DNA of 64,000 nt, taken from the IMG/VR virus record IMGVR_UViG_3300046678_000325; one strand, given 5' to 3'. The DNA comes from an uncultured virus (IMG/VR IMGVR_UViG_3300046678_000325). Taxonomy: Duplodnaviria; Heunggongvirae; Uroviricota; Caudoviricetes. The notes beneath the pieces are model-generated. The model made no database searches, had not been told where the DNA came from, and was given only the letters and a program-made list of their open reading frames with translations. A program made the position numbers and the translations under genes. Positions 16,834 through 26,685 of the stretch are shown piece by piece; positions within the stretch are counted from its first letter, which is position 1, and every line of letters begins with the position of its first letter.

Positions 16834-17355
16834 TTACTCGTCCTCATAGACCCGGAGATATGGCGCGCGCTTCGTCTCGTACCACGCCGGTGAAATTTCG
16901 TCAACGTCCAGCGCACCCTCCTGCACAAGCTCCTCGATCGCCTCGGGGTCAAGAACGCGCTTTGTAATCTTCATCCACATCTTGCGCGCTTTCGATCCCT
17001 TGACACTCACCTTCGACTTGAATTTCTTTTCGATGATCGACTGAAGCGACCTACAGCGCTTCGGCATGTCCACCTGAAGGTCATCGTCAGTTGAAATCCA
17101 GTGCGAGGTTCCACTGCTCTCTACGATCGTGCCGTGCCAACCATCGCCCTGAATGTGTTTGAGCTTAGAGCGGATGAGAAATTCCTGCGCCGCTGCCTTG
17201 AATGCGACTGCATCCTTCTCCATGTCGTCAAGGTCGTTCTCCTCACGAATTTCCCTGATCGACGCTTGCAGCTCACGAAACTTCGTGAGTGCTTCCAGAG
17301 CGTCCCCCTCGGTCTTGATTTCAACAAACCCGTTGTCATGAACCTTGACGGCCAT
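16834..17355 (-). CDS. hypothetical protein
   Basis: Long coupled ORF. Confidence 0.7.
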   Translation of the reverse strand: MAVKVHDNGFVEIKTEGDALEALTKFRELQASIREIREENDLDDMEKDAVAFKAAAQEFLIRSKLKHIQGDGWHGTIVESSGTSHWISTDDDLQVDMPKRCRSLQSIIEKKFKSKVSVKGSKARKMWMKITKRVLDPEAIEELVQEGALDVDEISPAWYETKRAPYLRVYEDE

Positions 17356-17651
17356 TACGTCACCTTTCGGTAAATTACATTTGGAGTGTTGTGTCCGCCG
17401 ATAGACGTTCTTGCATAACTCACGTATGGGGTTAGCGGCATTCCCTGCAAGGCCATCTCAACTGCCTTTTCCAACGCAGGCAGATCAATTTCATCGTGCG
17501 CGTATTCCTCACGAAACCGATGAAGCTGTAGCTCGACCGTTGAAGCACCCATCGCCTGTTTGTTGGCCTGGGCAATCTTGTTGCCATAAGTCCAACCAAT
17601 CGACGCAAGGACGCACGGTGCGAGCATGGTAATTACATACCACACGCTCAT
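17355..17651 (-). CDS. membrane-anchored hypothetical protein
   Basis: N-terminal hydrophobic helix. Confidence 0.55.
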   Translation of the reverse strand: MSVWYVITMLAPCVLASIGWTYGNKIAQANKQAMGASTVELQLHRFREEYAHDEIDLPALEKAVEMALQGMPLTPYVSYARTSIGGHNTPNVIYRKVT

Positions 17652-19018
17652 ACAACCCGCTCCTTCTTCTCGACTCTGACCTTCCAGCGAGGTACACGCC
17701 GAGTCTTAATTGAAATTCCTTCCTTGATATATGTGCGCTTCCGATGATCCCACTGTCGGCGCAGCACACGTACCTTCCAGTCCACGAAGTCGTACACCTT
17801 CGCGTCATCCTTGTCAGTGAATTTCCTCAGCGCTCGTCCGATCTGCTGAATGATGCGGCCCTCGTGCTTTCCAGGATGCGTAAGCAGGACTCGATTGAGT
17901 CGTGGCACATCAAGAGCCTCGTCTGCAAGCTGTGTTGCAAGAACACACCGAATTTCGCCCGATCGGAAAGCGGTGAGGATACGGTCTCGTTCCTTCTTTG
18001 TGACTCTAGCCGCAGCAAGTATTTCGCATTCCTCTCGCATTTCCTCAGCGATCTTTTCAAGATGCTCAATACGACGCGAAAGAACAAGGACTGAATTGCC
18101 CTCTTCAATTTCACGATCAGCCACCTTTGCGATCTGTCGATTGCGCGGTCGGTCTTCCACGAGTGCAGTCACAAGCCGCGTCCAATCATGACGGCCTCGA
18201 TACAGGTACGTGAATTTCGTTCGCACTGGAATAACCTTCAGCGGAACCGACGATGTGAATTTCTGCTTGGCAATCACTGGCCCGATGATGAACCGCATGC
18301 TCGGGTGCATTCCGTCAGCCCTGGTTGCGCTCGCTGTAAATCCGAAGCGGTAGAACGCCGGACAAGCGTTAATGACCGACTCCCACGACGGTGCAGCTAC
18401 GTGGTGCCCCTCATCGGCAATGAGCGCTCCCCACTGCGCCCACCAATCGCGCCCCTTGTGCAGATACGAAGCGTTAAGCGTCTGCACCGTCGCAACTGTA
18501 ATTTGCCGAATGCGGCAAGTCTTCCCCCGAATGATGCCGACCTTCCCTTTCATTTCGGGAATTGCATTCTCAATGTAATCGACCCACTGCTTCAGAATGT
18601 CGTGGGTATGCACGAGAACGAGCACACGGGTCTGACAGGCCGCAGCGAACGCGCAAGCGATCTGAGTCTTCCCTGACCCCGGAGGACGCAAGATAAGCCC
18701 CTGCTGCTCTTCCAGCATGGTTCTGACGGTCGCAGCCTGCCCAGCGAAGCGAGGGTCTTTCTCAACGGCGTCCAGAGTCAGACTGAAATCTAGCTCGGGC
18801 ATTTCAGGCTTTGTCCGCTTGTCGCTGTAACGAATGTGGTCAGGCATGAGATTCCACGCGCCGCGCGGGAGGAGATAGCAGCCCTTCGTCGGCAACTTGC
18901 GATACGAAATTACAATATCGCCGTTCGGTTTCGCGTAGGTGAGCTGCTTTTCCAGCTTCTCCATCTCACGAGCTGTCAGCTCGCTGAATTCCACTTTGAG
19001 CCAGCGGTCAACGATCAT
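17648..19018 (-). CDS. superfamily 2 (UvsW/XPB-like) DNA helicase
   Basis: PPGSGKT, DEGHH, TAS, QQIGRALR motifs. Confidence 0.9.
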   Translation of the reverse strand: MIVDRWLKVEFSELTAREMEKLEKQLTYAKPNGDIVISYRKLPTKGCYLLPRGAWNLMPDHIRYSDKRTKPEMPELDFSLTLDAVEKDPRFAGQAATVRTMLEEQQGLILRPPGSGKTQIACAFAAACQTRVLVLVHTHDILKQWVDYIENAIPEMKGKVGIIRGKTCRIRQITVATVQTLNASYLHKGRDWWAQWGALIADEGHHVAAPSWESVINACPAFYRFGFTASATRADGMHPSMRFIIGPVIAKQKFTSSVPLKVIPVRTKFTYLYRGRHDWTRLVTALVEDRPRNRQIAKVADREIEEGNSVLVLSRRIEHLEKIAEEMREECEILAAARVTKKERDRILTAFRSGEIRCVLATQLADEALDVPRLNRVLLTHPGKHEGRIIQQIGRALRKFTDKDDAKVYDFVDWKVRVLRRQWDHRKRTYIKEGISIKTRRVPRWKVRVEKKERVV

Positions 19019-19390
19019 GGCTTGTCCCTTTGCCGACGTTTCTTAGCAGCACGTCGTTTCACGAGCCTGTTCTGCGCCGACGTAAGCGAACGCGAACGCA
19101 TTTCACTACCGATTTTTTCGTCCGGCCGCGTCTCACCGTGGTGGTTGTGAATGAAACCTCTAGCCACGAGGCACCGATCCTGGAAACGAGATACGAGCGA
19201 AGTCTGCGGTCGTCGGCGCAGCCGCCTTCGCATGAAATTCGCGCTCTTCCTCCAAGCGAGCTACAGCCCGCTCCATTTCCTTTTTGCTCCTGAAGAGCGA
19301 GTCTGGAAAATCGGAGTGCTTGTAATGCGTCAGCCGCATCTTGGTGATCTTGTCATCCTCTGTCATAGCTCTCCCATCGTCGGTGCCCAC

Positions 19391-19419
19391 AGCTTACCCA
19401 CCTAGGGTCGATATGTCAA
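19391..19419 (-). promoter_or_regulatory. sigma70-type promoter TTGACA-17-TAAGCT
   Basis: Near-duplicate of 22326-22354 (TTGACATATC-ACCCT-GGT). Confidence 0.7.
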
Positions 19420-20236
19420 GAAGACCCAGCTCAGTCAGCTCCTTGAAATAACTCCACATGACCGCCAGCGCGTCGTAGCGGTCGTCCGGCTGTCTTGCCT
19501 TAGCCACCGATCCCTCGGGCCTCGGCTTGTTCCCATCGCTGGAATTGATTATGTCGGGCCAGTCTGGAATTTCACTATCGAACATCACTGGAACGTCCCA
19601 GCCCAACAGCCCATCTTTCCAAGCAAGCGCCCATTGCTTCGCGCGAAATTTCCCAGAGTCGGCAGGCTTGCAGTTGTATTCAAGCGCCAGCTCGGGAGAC
19701 CGCCACTTGGAATGATGAGTTGTAATTCCCAGATCATCAGCCACAGTCTTGCGCCACTGATGACTGTTCATCTGCGCAATGTTGGTGTACCCCCAACGCA
19801 CAGCGCCACCGAGGAATGAACCACTAATTTCCGCTTGCTGTTTTAGCCAGCTCGATACGCCTCCTCGGATCATTCCAACCGGCCACGGTTCTTCCTGCGC
19901 GATGTAAATTTCCTTCATGTCGAGGATCATCCCCAGCTCTTCAATCAGCCCTTGAATCCACAGCTCTGCATGTGACGCCTCTCGGAGCCGATCGAAATAC
20001 TCGTCGTCCTTCTCCCAACGAACGTAGACAAACTTCGGGCCTAGGAATTTCTTCAACGTGGTGTCGTAGCCAATAGCCGCTCCCGCAATGCTCGACATTG
20101 AAACGTCGAACCCACAAACGGCCCAACCCCGCGAGCGTAATTCGCGGGGCTTAGGCGGGTACTTCTTATGCTTGGCTCTTGGCTTGGGCTTAACAGCCTT
20201 CACCTGACACCGGCCTTTTGATGAAATTTGGGACAA
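19394..20236 (-). CDS. RuvC-like (RNase H fold) Holliday junction resolvase
   Basis: VCGFDVS...QEEP...QWRK...DDRYDALAV acidic catalytic pattern. Confidence 0.65.
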   Translation of the reverse strand: MSQISSKGRCQVKAVKPKPRAKHKKYPPKPRELRSRGWAVCGFDVSMSSIAGAAIGYDTTLKKFLGPKFVYVRWEKDDEYFDRLREASHAELWIQGLIEELGMILDMKEIYIAQEEPWPVGMIRGGVSSWLKQQAEISGSFLGGAVRWGYTNIAQMNSHQWRKTVADDLGITTHHSKWRSPELALEYNCKPADSGKFRAKQWALAWKDGLLGWDVPVMFDSEIPDWPDIINSSDGNKPRPEGSVAKARQPDDRYDALAVMWSYFKELTELGLLDISTLGG

Positions 20237-20566
20237 TCATTCGACGTTAGCCGCTGAGTCTTTGGGCATTGACATTCCAAACCTGCGATGCTCACCTGTC
20301 AAAGCGCCCACAACAGATGAAATCATTTGAATGTCAACCTCTCCCCTGAATTTCGCACGGCAATGAATGTTCTTCTGATCGTGGCATTGGCGCACAAGGA
20401 AATACCCACGAGGGTTAATTGTTCCCCAATGCAATGAGCCACAGACCGGACAACGTGTGCTGATTGGAAGGTTAAGCCAGTCCTGCATCGGAGGATCGTA
20501 TTTGCCCGCTTCCATCGGCGTGCAAATTTCAACACGATACGCAGCTACGTCCACCACTTCACTCAT
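20237..20566 (-). CDS. Zn-finger hypothetical protein
   Basis: CPVC...C..C. Confidence 0.5.
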   Translation of the reverse strand: MSEVVDVAAYRVEICTPMEAGKYDPPMQDWLNLPISTRCPVCGSLHWGTINPRGYFLVRQCHDQKNIHCRAKFRGEVDIQMISSVVGALTGEHRRFGMSMPKDSAANVE

Positions 20567-21159
20567 GAGTGCTCCTTGCAGAGCGCCGCAGGTACTTCAG
20601 CCTCTCGCGCGACGGCGCTATGTCCGTAATGAATTTCGCGCCAGATGATCAGCGCCTTATCCCGTGCGTTGTGTTCGTCAATCTCTTCCATCCCCAGGTC
20701 GTGATAAATGTCCTGAAATTCATCACCCCAGATGTTGACTATCTGCTTCGTCTCAATTTCATCGCGGTGTTGCTTTGGCCCCTCCTGTGTTGCAACCGGC
20801 TTCAGCGCCTCCTTTTCAAACGCGGCTACGGCTTCTTCGTCTTCTGCGATTTCCGTGCGGCGCTTTTTGCCTTTGGCTGTTGGGCCTTTGCGCTCGGCTC
20901 TTCTAAGCGCCTCCTGTACGCCCTTGTCCGCTCTTCTGGCGTCCTTGCGTTGCGGGCCTCGGCCTCCACTCGCTTTTGCGCCTTGCGAGCGCGAGCGATC
21001 CCCTTGTTGCCTCCGGTTTTTGGGTTTGTCTGACTCATCAGTACCTCCTTGAATTTCATCGATGGTGAAAGCACCCTCACAACCCGGACACTCGTACCAC
21101 TCGTATTCCGGGTCGTAGTTCTTGGTTGTGAGCTTGGTATCACACTCGGGACATTTCAT
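20563..21159 (-). CDS. Zn-ribbon hypothetical protein
   Basis: CPEC...CPGC at the N-terminus. Confidence 0.6.
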   Translation of the reverse strand: MKCPECDTKLTTKNYDPEYEWYECPGCEGAFTIDEIQGGTDESDKPKNRRQQGDRSRSQGAKASGGRGPQRKDARRADKGVQEALRRAERKGPTAKGKKRRTEIAEDEEAVAAFEKEALKPVATQEGPKQHRDEIETKQIVNIWGDEFQDIYHDLGMEEIDEHNARDKALIIWREIHYGHSAVAREAEVPAALCKEHS

Positions 21160-21561
21160 AGCCCTGGAAGCTCCTCTCCGGTCTGAATAAAAGCACCAAG
21201 TTCCCCCGGCCTACCTTCGTCGTCATAGACCGTTGTAATTTCATAACCCTGGTCGTTAGTGTTATCCCACACGAAGACTTCAACATCGTCTTCAAACCGT
21301 GACAGCGCCATTCTCAGGTCGTTGACCCTCATGACTTCACCCTCGCCCAAATTACGCATTCATCATTCCGACCACGCAGAATCGTGATTGAAGTACGAGT
21401 ATGGAAATTCACGCGATAGCCTTCCTCAACAAACTTGAAAGCAAGCTCGCGTAATTTCTGTTCACTTGGCACAGTGACTTCCAGCTTGGAAGTTTCCAAG
21501 CGACAGACGCTACTCACGTCCGAAAGCGTCAACTGTACCTCTCTCAACTGCGCCCATCCAA

Positions 21562-21972
21562 TCATGACTTGACCTTCTTTCCACAACGCGCACACTTCGA
21601 CTTCGGCAGCTTGAACCCTGAAATTCGTATGTCCCACTCAGCCGCCGCTACCAGGAGACGCACTGCGATCCACCAATGAAGCTTTCGGTTGATCGCGCGT
21701 AACTCGTCCTCGTGTCCCAAGACTGAAATCCCGTCGATCTTCAGCCGGTTCGGAGCCTGCCTGCCTAGCGTCTCCACTATCCCCTCAGCAATCTCATTCA
21801 GCTCCGGCTTGTTCACGTCGAGAATCTTCTTGGCATACTTGAATTTCTTCTCGGCGCTTTCAGCCTGCTCGTCAAGCGCCTGACGAATTCGCTTCTCAGA
21901 TACGACAGGTGTAATTACGTCTTTCTTCTTGGCCTTCGCCTTGACTTTCCCCTTCGCCTTGACCGCCATCAA
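21562..21972 (-). CDS. hypothetical protein
   Basis: Coupled ORF, C-terminal CARC. Confidence 0.55.
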   Translation of the reverse strand: MMAVKAKGKVKAKAKKKDVITPVVSEKRIRQALDEQAESAEKKFKYAKKILDVNKPELNEIAEGIVETLGRQAPNRLKIDGISVLGHEDELRAINRKLHWWIAVRLLVAAAEWDIRISGFKLPKSKCARCGKKVKS

Positions 21973-22313
21973 TGCACCTTCGCCTCAACCGTCTTAATGT
22001 CGCCGCAGTCAGGGCATTTCAGAAAGCGCTTGGTCGGACTCTGCCCGACGACGATACGAGTCTTCGTATGCTTGCACTCTTCCTGAAATTCATGCACCAA
22101 CTCGGTCGTTGACTTGTCCGTCTCTTCTTCGCGCTTCGTCTCAACGTAGTCCACAATTTCACTACGTGGCTCTGGCTTGCGCATCTTCGATCTGAAAGCC
22201 ATACTCGCACCCGGACTCTTACGCTGGCCGGGTGAGCGTAAAGCTTTGGTGAAATTCGTCTGTGTCTTCTTGCCCTTTGGCATTGCCTCTCCTTTCAGGG
22301 TGCCTCTCAACAA
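21969..22313 (-). CDS. hypothetical protein (probable start MPKGKK)
   Basis: AAGGAG RBS, follows a promoter. Confidence 0.55.
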   Translation of the reverse strand: MLRGTLKGEAMPKGKKTQTNFTKALRSPGQRKSPGASMAFRSKMRKPEPRSEIVDYVETKREEETDKSTTELVHEFQEECKHTKTRIVVGQSPTKRFLKCPDCGDIKTVEAKVH

Positions 22314-22325
22314 CAGGCTTGCGCC

Positions 22326-22354
22326 AGTTTACCGACCCAGGGTTGATATGTCAA
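22326..22354 (-). promoter_or_regulatory. sigma70-type promoter TTGACA-17-TAAACT
   Basis: Hexamers and spacing. Confidence 0.7.
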
Positions 22355-22357
22355 GCC

Positions 22358-22945
22358 CTAGTCTGTGGCCGCGCGCTCGCCCATACGCCGCGTTATTTCA
22401 CGGCTGGCGGCATCCCGAATGTCGGCATAGCCCTGTGCGACCGCATCGAGAATGTCGCCTCGGGCTTCAACCTCTTGTAGCTTCTCTTCCAGGTCTGAAA
22501 TTGTCGCGTCCTGATCCATCATGGCATTCACGACGTTGACCTTCAGAGCCTTATGCTTCGCCTTCAGACGGAATTTCGCTTTTTCAAGACGTAGTTCACG
22601 TTTGAGCGCGGCGGCATCTGCACCGAGTTTCGACGCTGCAAAGATAGCGTGGGCATGACGGACTGCGTAACGCGATTGCATGTGCCCGATCCCGCGATTG
22701 GAAAGTCTCGTGAAATCGAGTGGTACGTGGTCTTCATCGCTTGGAATTTCTTCGGGAACGATTATTCCCGCGTCTCTCAGGAATTGCAACGGTGAGTCCT
22801 TCGGCGTCCTTACGCGCAGCCCGCTTAGCTCGTCTTTCGATGACTTGGACTTCTTCTTTGCAGAATTTCCTGAACGGGCATGCTTTGAACTGGACTGTTC
22901 CGATGCTTGTGCATTCCGGCGGTGGGATTTCTTTTTTGTCGGCAT
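22358..22945 (-). CDS. coiled-coil protein, possibly a UvsY-like recombination mediator (true start probably downstream of 22945)
   Basis: Helical; C-terminal ASREITRR; lies in the recA cluster. Confidence 0.4.
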   Translation of the reverse strand: MPTKKKSHRRNAQASEQSSSKHARSGNSAKKKSKSSKDELSGLRVRTPKDSPLQFLRDAGIIVPEEIPSDEDHVPLDFTRLSNRGIGHMQSRYAVRHAHAIFAASKLGADAAALKRELRLEKAKFRLKAKHKALKVNVVNAMMDQDATISDLEEKLQEVEARGDILDAVAQGYADIRDAASREITRRMGERAATD

Positions 22946-23693
22946 AGCTACGCAGCTCCTTCAGGCGTGATCTGACTTCGGGCAAGTGAGTCTCGATCTG
23001 AATTTCGGTCTCCTGCAATGCGAGCGGACGTTTCGCGTCTGCCCCACCCTTGTTCTCTGACACCAGCAGCGCCGTAGAAATTTTGGCCTCTCCATTTTTA
23101 CTCGCCGCCGAGTTGAACAACATTCCGTAATCCGTCAGTTGAATCGTGTACGTTACCGGAACAAACCCCCGTGAAATTTCCTGAAACGATCGAACATTGA
23201 TGCCTTTGAAATCTACGATCGACGGCTCTTCGTTAATGGACACAAGCGCATCGACCGTGCCGCCGTGGTCTTTTCGCTTTGAAACGATCGGAACCTCAAC
23301 ACCATGCAGTCGGAATATCGCCGGGTTGTTGACGGCCTTTTCAAGCTTCATCAGCGCGAACTGCCACTTTAGATGAAGGAAATTTCCGGTGAAGAAATAG
23401 TAATGGGCCGACGCACTCCGAGACCCGGTGCGTACAAGGCCCAACTCTTTCCGGTGCTTCAGCAGATAGACGTAGCGCAAGCACTCTGAGAGCTGTGAGG
23501 GCGAGTAGAGCGGTCGGTTGTTCCGATCCTGTCCTCGCGCAAGCATGCGGCGTAGAAGCTGCTCGATCCACTCAATGTCTTCCTCCGACTCAATTTCAAC
23601 CGGCTGAGTGAACAGGTCTTCCAGCAGCGGGACTAGCTTTCCCTTCCGCGTACTACGGCGTGAAATTTCCTTTTCCAGTTTCGTCTTAGGCAT
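22734..23693 (-). CDS. PD-(D/E)XK Cas4/RecB-like exonuclease
   Basis: SPSQLSEC, GNFLH, GTVDA, IVDFKG, QLTDY, C-terminal C..CPFRKFC. Confidence 0.8.
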   Translation of the reverse strand: MPKTKLEKEISRRSTRKGKLVPLLEDLFTQPVEIESEEDIEWIEQLLRRMLARGQDRNNRPLYSPSQLSECLRYVYLLKHRKELGLVRTGSRSASAHYYFFTGNFLHLKWQFALMKLEKAVNNPAIFRLHGVEVPIVSKRKDHGGTVDALVSINEEPSIVDFKGINVRSFQEISRGFVPVTYTIQLTDYGMLFNSAASKNGEAKISTALLVSENKGGADAKRPLALQETEIQIETHLPEVRSRLKELRSYADKKEIPPPECTSIGTVQFKACPFRKFCKEEVQVIERRAKRAARKDAEGLTVAIPERRGNNRSRRNSKR

Positions 23694-23848
23694 TTGTATC
23701 CTTGAATCGACTTACGGGCCGGTAGTAAATGCCGCCGCAATGATCACAGCGAAGCATGACCCGACGGGGGATATGAAATTTTTCTGGAATCGTGTCGAGC
23801 AACGTTGGTCTGTCCGTCTTGTGACAGGAGGGGCATTCATCAACGTGC

Positions 23849-24229
23849 TCAAATTTCACTTTCTTCGCCATTTTGCCTCTCTAACAACGCTTCCAATTCC
23901 AGAATGCGCACACTCATGTCCTGAAACGCACTCAGCTCCACCACCATCAGATGAAGCTCGCCCAAGTCTAGCTGCATCGACGGCAGAAGTCCAGGGGGCG
24001 TTTGCAGACCTTGCCGCTTAATGTCCAGAAATTCCTTCTTCTCGATCCGGTACGACCCGGCATCCGTGGTGCGAGCTTCAATAAGGAAATTGTGCAGGAC
24101 TGCATCTCGCTTCGATCGCCAGAAGCGGCCGGAGTTGATCTGCTTCTTCCCGCCCTGCATTTCACCCAAGCGTTCTTCCTGACGCTGGGATTTCGTTTTC
24201 TTAGCTCGCGCCCACGGAGTGTCAGGCAC
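23849..24229 (-). CDS. Holliday junction resolvase-like PD-(D/E)XK nuclease
   Basis: RQEERL...NSG...KRDA...LIEARTT. Confidence 0.65.
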   Translation of the reverse strand: MPDTPWARAKKTKSQRQEERLGEMQGGKKQINSGRFWRSKRDAVLHNFLIEARTTDAGSYRIEKKEFLDIKRQGLQTPPGLLPSMQLDLGELHLMVVELSAFQDMSVRILELEALLERQNGEESEI

Positions 24230-24506
24230 CGTTGCCTCCGTTCTTCCCCGTGTTGGTTGCGCGAACAGTGCTGGAATGCGAGCGCCGCTTACGCGCGTCC
24301 TGATATTCCTGCCGCGTCATTCGCTTGCGGAATTTCACCGTCTTGAACAACTTGTCCTTGCAGCACATGCCTACATCGGCGGTGTGCGTGTAATTGCTCC
24401 ACATCTTTCGCGTGACCCCTGGAATCTGAGGGACGAAAGAAATTTTCCCCGCGATCTGATCCGTAGGCTCGCCGCATATGTCACAGACGACAACTTGGTG
24501 TCTCAA
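24222..24506 (-). CDS. hypothetical Zn-binding protein
   Basis: CDIC...CC. Confidence 0.5.
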   Translation of the reverse strand: MRHQVVVCDICGEPTDQIAGKISFVPQIPGVTRKMWSNYTHTADVGMCCKDKLFKTVKFRKRMTRQEYQDARKRRSHSSTVRATNTGKNGGNGA

Positions 24507-24509
24507 ATT

Positions 24510-25625
24510 TCAGTCCTCCCCTTCGTCGTCGTCGGCGTTGTCAGGGTTATTGGTCACATCGATGATTGCAGCTTCCAGCTCCATGCGAAGCTCGGGATTG
24601 GAATTGATGTTAGCCGTGAAACGTTTCTCGGTTCCCTTCCATTCGTGATCGTCAAGATCGACGTAGGAATACTGACCTGACGCACTCCGCTCGATCAGCC
24701 CGTCTTCTAGACCAAGCTGAAGAATTTCATATGCCGGATCGATTCGCTTCATCTCGTGGTTGAAAACGAACGCACCTTCGCGGTAGGGCACCGTGCTCTT
24801 GTCTTTCACGGCCTTGACTTGAACCCAGCGGCCTACCGGCTTCTCCGTCTCAATGAGCTTGCCGCCACGCGCAACTTTCTTCTTACGTAGTAGCTGGCTA
24901 CTTCGGCGAAATTCAATGCGTCCCGTAGCGTAGTAACGAAGAGCGCGACCACCCGATGTTGTCTTTGGGTTTCCAAATTTCACCCCCACGTCCATTCGCT
25001 CCTGATTCGTCCACAGGAACAGCGTCTTTTTGTTGACGGTTGTAATTCTTCGCAACGCCTTGCTCATCATGCGAGCCTGCGATGCAACTCGATCTACCTC
25101 GCGCGGGTCTTTCTGCGCTTCCTCAGTTGTGAGGAACGAAGCCACTGAGTCGATACCTACAATTTCAATGAGCTGTTCCTTCGCCGCCTGTGCAAGCATC
25201 ATCATCACAGCAATTGCATCTTCTGCCGTTTGCGGATGCTGAATCAGAAGCTCGCCAGGGTTTCCCCCAAGGAAGCTGAATCGCTCGGAGTCAAATGAGT
25301 GTTCGGGATCGACCACTGCACAGAGATTTCCTCTTCGTTGGCTGAGCGCCATTGTGCGGTAAACGATGTACGATTTTCCAACTGACTCGTCACCGTAAAG
25401 CTCATAGTGCCGACCGAGGGCGAATCCTCCACCCGTGATTCGATCCATGACGAGACTGCCCGTAGGAATTCGGCTGATTTCAAAATACGGGTCTGATCCA
25501 AGCCTGATCCCCTCTTCCAGCTTCAGCGTCGAGTTAATTTCAGCCACAAGCGCAGCAGCTCTGATCCCCTGCTTGCTCTTCTTCTTAGTTGCGGCCATGT
25601 GACTTCCTCTTCCTGTGAATTTCAC
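24510..25625 (-). CDS. recA: RecA recombinase (probable start MAATKK, 25598)
   Basis: IPTGSLVMD, ELYGDESVGKS, VDPEH, IDSVA, QARMMSKALR, NQ.R, TSGGRALRYYA. Confidence 0.95.
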   Translation of the reverse strand: MKFTGRGSHMAATKKKSKQGIRAAALVAEINSTLKLEEGIRLGSDPYFEISRIPTGSLVMDRITGGGFALGRHYELYGDESVGKSYIVYRTMALSQRRGNLCAVVDPEHSFDSERFSFLGGNPGELLIQHPQTAEDAIAVMMMLAQAAKEQLIEIVGIDSVASFLTTEEAQKDPREVDRVASQARMMSKALRRITTVNKKTLFLWTNQERMDVGVKFGNPKTTSGGRALRYYATGRIEFRRSSQLLRKKKVARGGKLIETEKPVGRWVQVKAVKDKSTVPYREGAFVFNHEMKRIDPAYEILQLGLEDGLIERSASGQYSYVDLDDHEWKGTEKRFTANINSNPELRMELEAAIIDVTNNPDNADDDEGED

Positions 25626-25843
25626 GAGACCGTTTTATCGTCTTGTTGTCCGCGCGACGCTGCTTGCGCTCCTCGGCATTGAGCCTGTGCTGGGTCTCCA
25701 TCTGCACATCGGTGATCGCCTGAATTCCATGAGCCTTGATCGAGGTTCCCTTCACCTTTGAAGTCGGCTTCTGCTCCTTTTTCTTCGACCGACTGTAAGC
25801 GTCTCTAGCGACGAACAGGCCCGAGTCAGTCTCTTCGATCTTC

Positions 25844-26197
25844 CTAGCCATTCTTGCCCGGAGAACGGCTCTGACGGCCCTTGGAGGGCTTCTTTTGAGC
25901 CTCTTCAGCGGCTTCATGCGCCTGATCAATATCCATCGGCTCGATCGTCTCATCCTGACCGGCAAGCTGAGGCGTACCGATAGGAATTTCAGTCTGACGC
26001 ATAGCGGGCTGTCCGGGCTGTGTGTAGCCGAAAATCAGCTTGTCATCCTCGACTAGCAGAAGGGACTGACCAACAAGGTCAGCAGGAACCTCATCAGGAA
26101 CGTCGATCAACGAACCATCTTCAAACGTAATTCCTCCACGCCCGTCGTGATTGTGAATCGACTTGACTGCCTTGCCATTGTGATGATCGAAATTCAC
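25844..26197 (-). CDS. hypothetical protein, paralog of 26194..26685
   Basis: Shared GK.V..I...GI..E.G..I...D.VG pattern. Confidence 0.55.
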   Translation of the reverse strand: MNFDHHNGKAVKSIHNHDGRGGITFEDGSLIDVPDEVPADLVGQSLLLVEDDKLIFGYTQPGQPAMRQTEIPIGTPQLAGQDETIEPMDIDQAHEAAEEAQKKPSKGRQSRSPGKNG

Positions 26198-26685
26198 TTT
26201 GAATCCTCCTCTAGCCAGTTACGAGCTTCCGTTTGAGTCTCTTCGTGTCGGCGCATAATTTCACTACGCCGGTGCTTCTCCCAACCTTCAGCGTTATCGG
26301 GCTGGTCTGAAACTCCTTCCATCGGATGAGATGGAATTCCTGCCTCTTCCAGCTCAACCGGCCACTGTGGGTAAACCTCGCCGCCATGCTGCGGATCGTG
26401 GACTGCGTACTGCGTCGGGTTGAGACTCCATTTCAGTCCGCCAGAGAACGTGATCGTTGTGTCCTTGACGCTGAATGAAATTGTCATGATGCACTTGCCC
26501 ACAATGTCAGTAGGCACGAACGTCTCACGACGATCCTTGTTGCGGATTTCAACACCGTTTTCAAGCCGGATGCCCCACTGCCACGGAAGAGCGTTCTCGG
26601 GCTTAACGATACCTTCCACGTACTTGCCGATGTAGAGGGTTAGGTCAGGCTTCTGAGGAAATTCCAAATGGCGGTTGTCATCCAC
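26194..26685 (-). CDS. hypothetical protein
   Basis: Coupled ORF downstream of dnaE. Confidence 0.65.
   Translation of the reverse strand: MDDNRHLEFPQKPDLTLYIGKYVEGIVKPENALPWQWGIRLENGVEIRNKDRRETFVPTDIVGKCIMTISFSVKDTTITFSGGLKWSLNPTQYAVHDPQHGGEVYPQWPVELEEAGIPSHPMEGVSDQPDNAEGWEKHRRSEIMRRHEETQTEARNWLEEDSK

Noticed and set aside
22734..23693. Cas4-like nuclease as a sign of CRISPR-Cas
   Set aside because: No repeat-spacer array or other cas genes seen; stand-alone Cas4-like nucleases are common in phage recombination modules.
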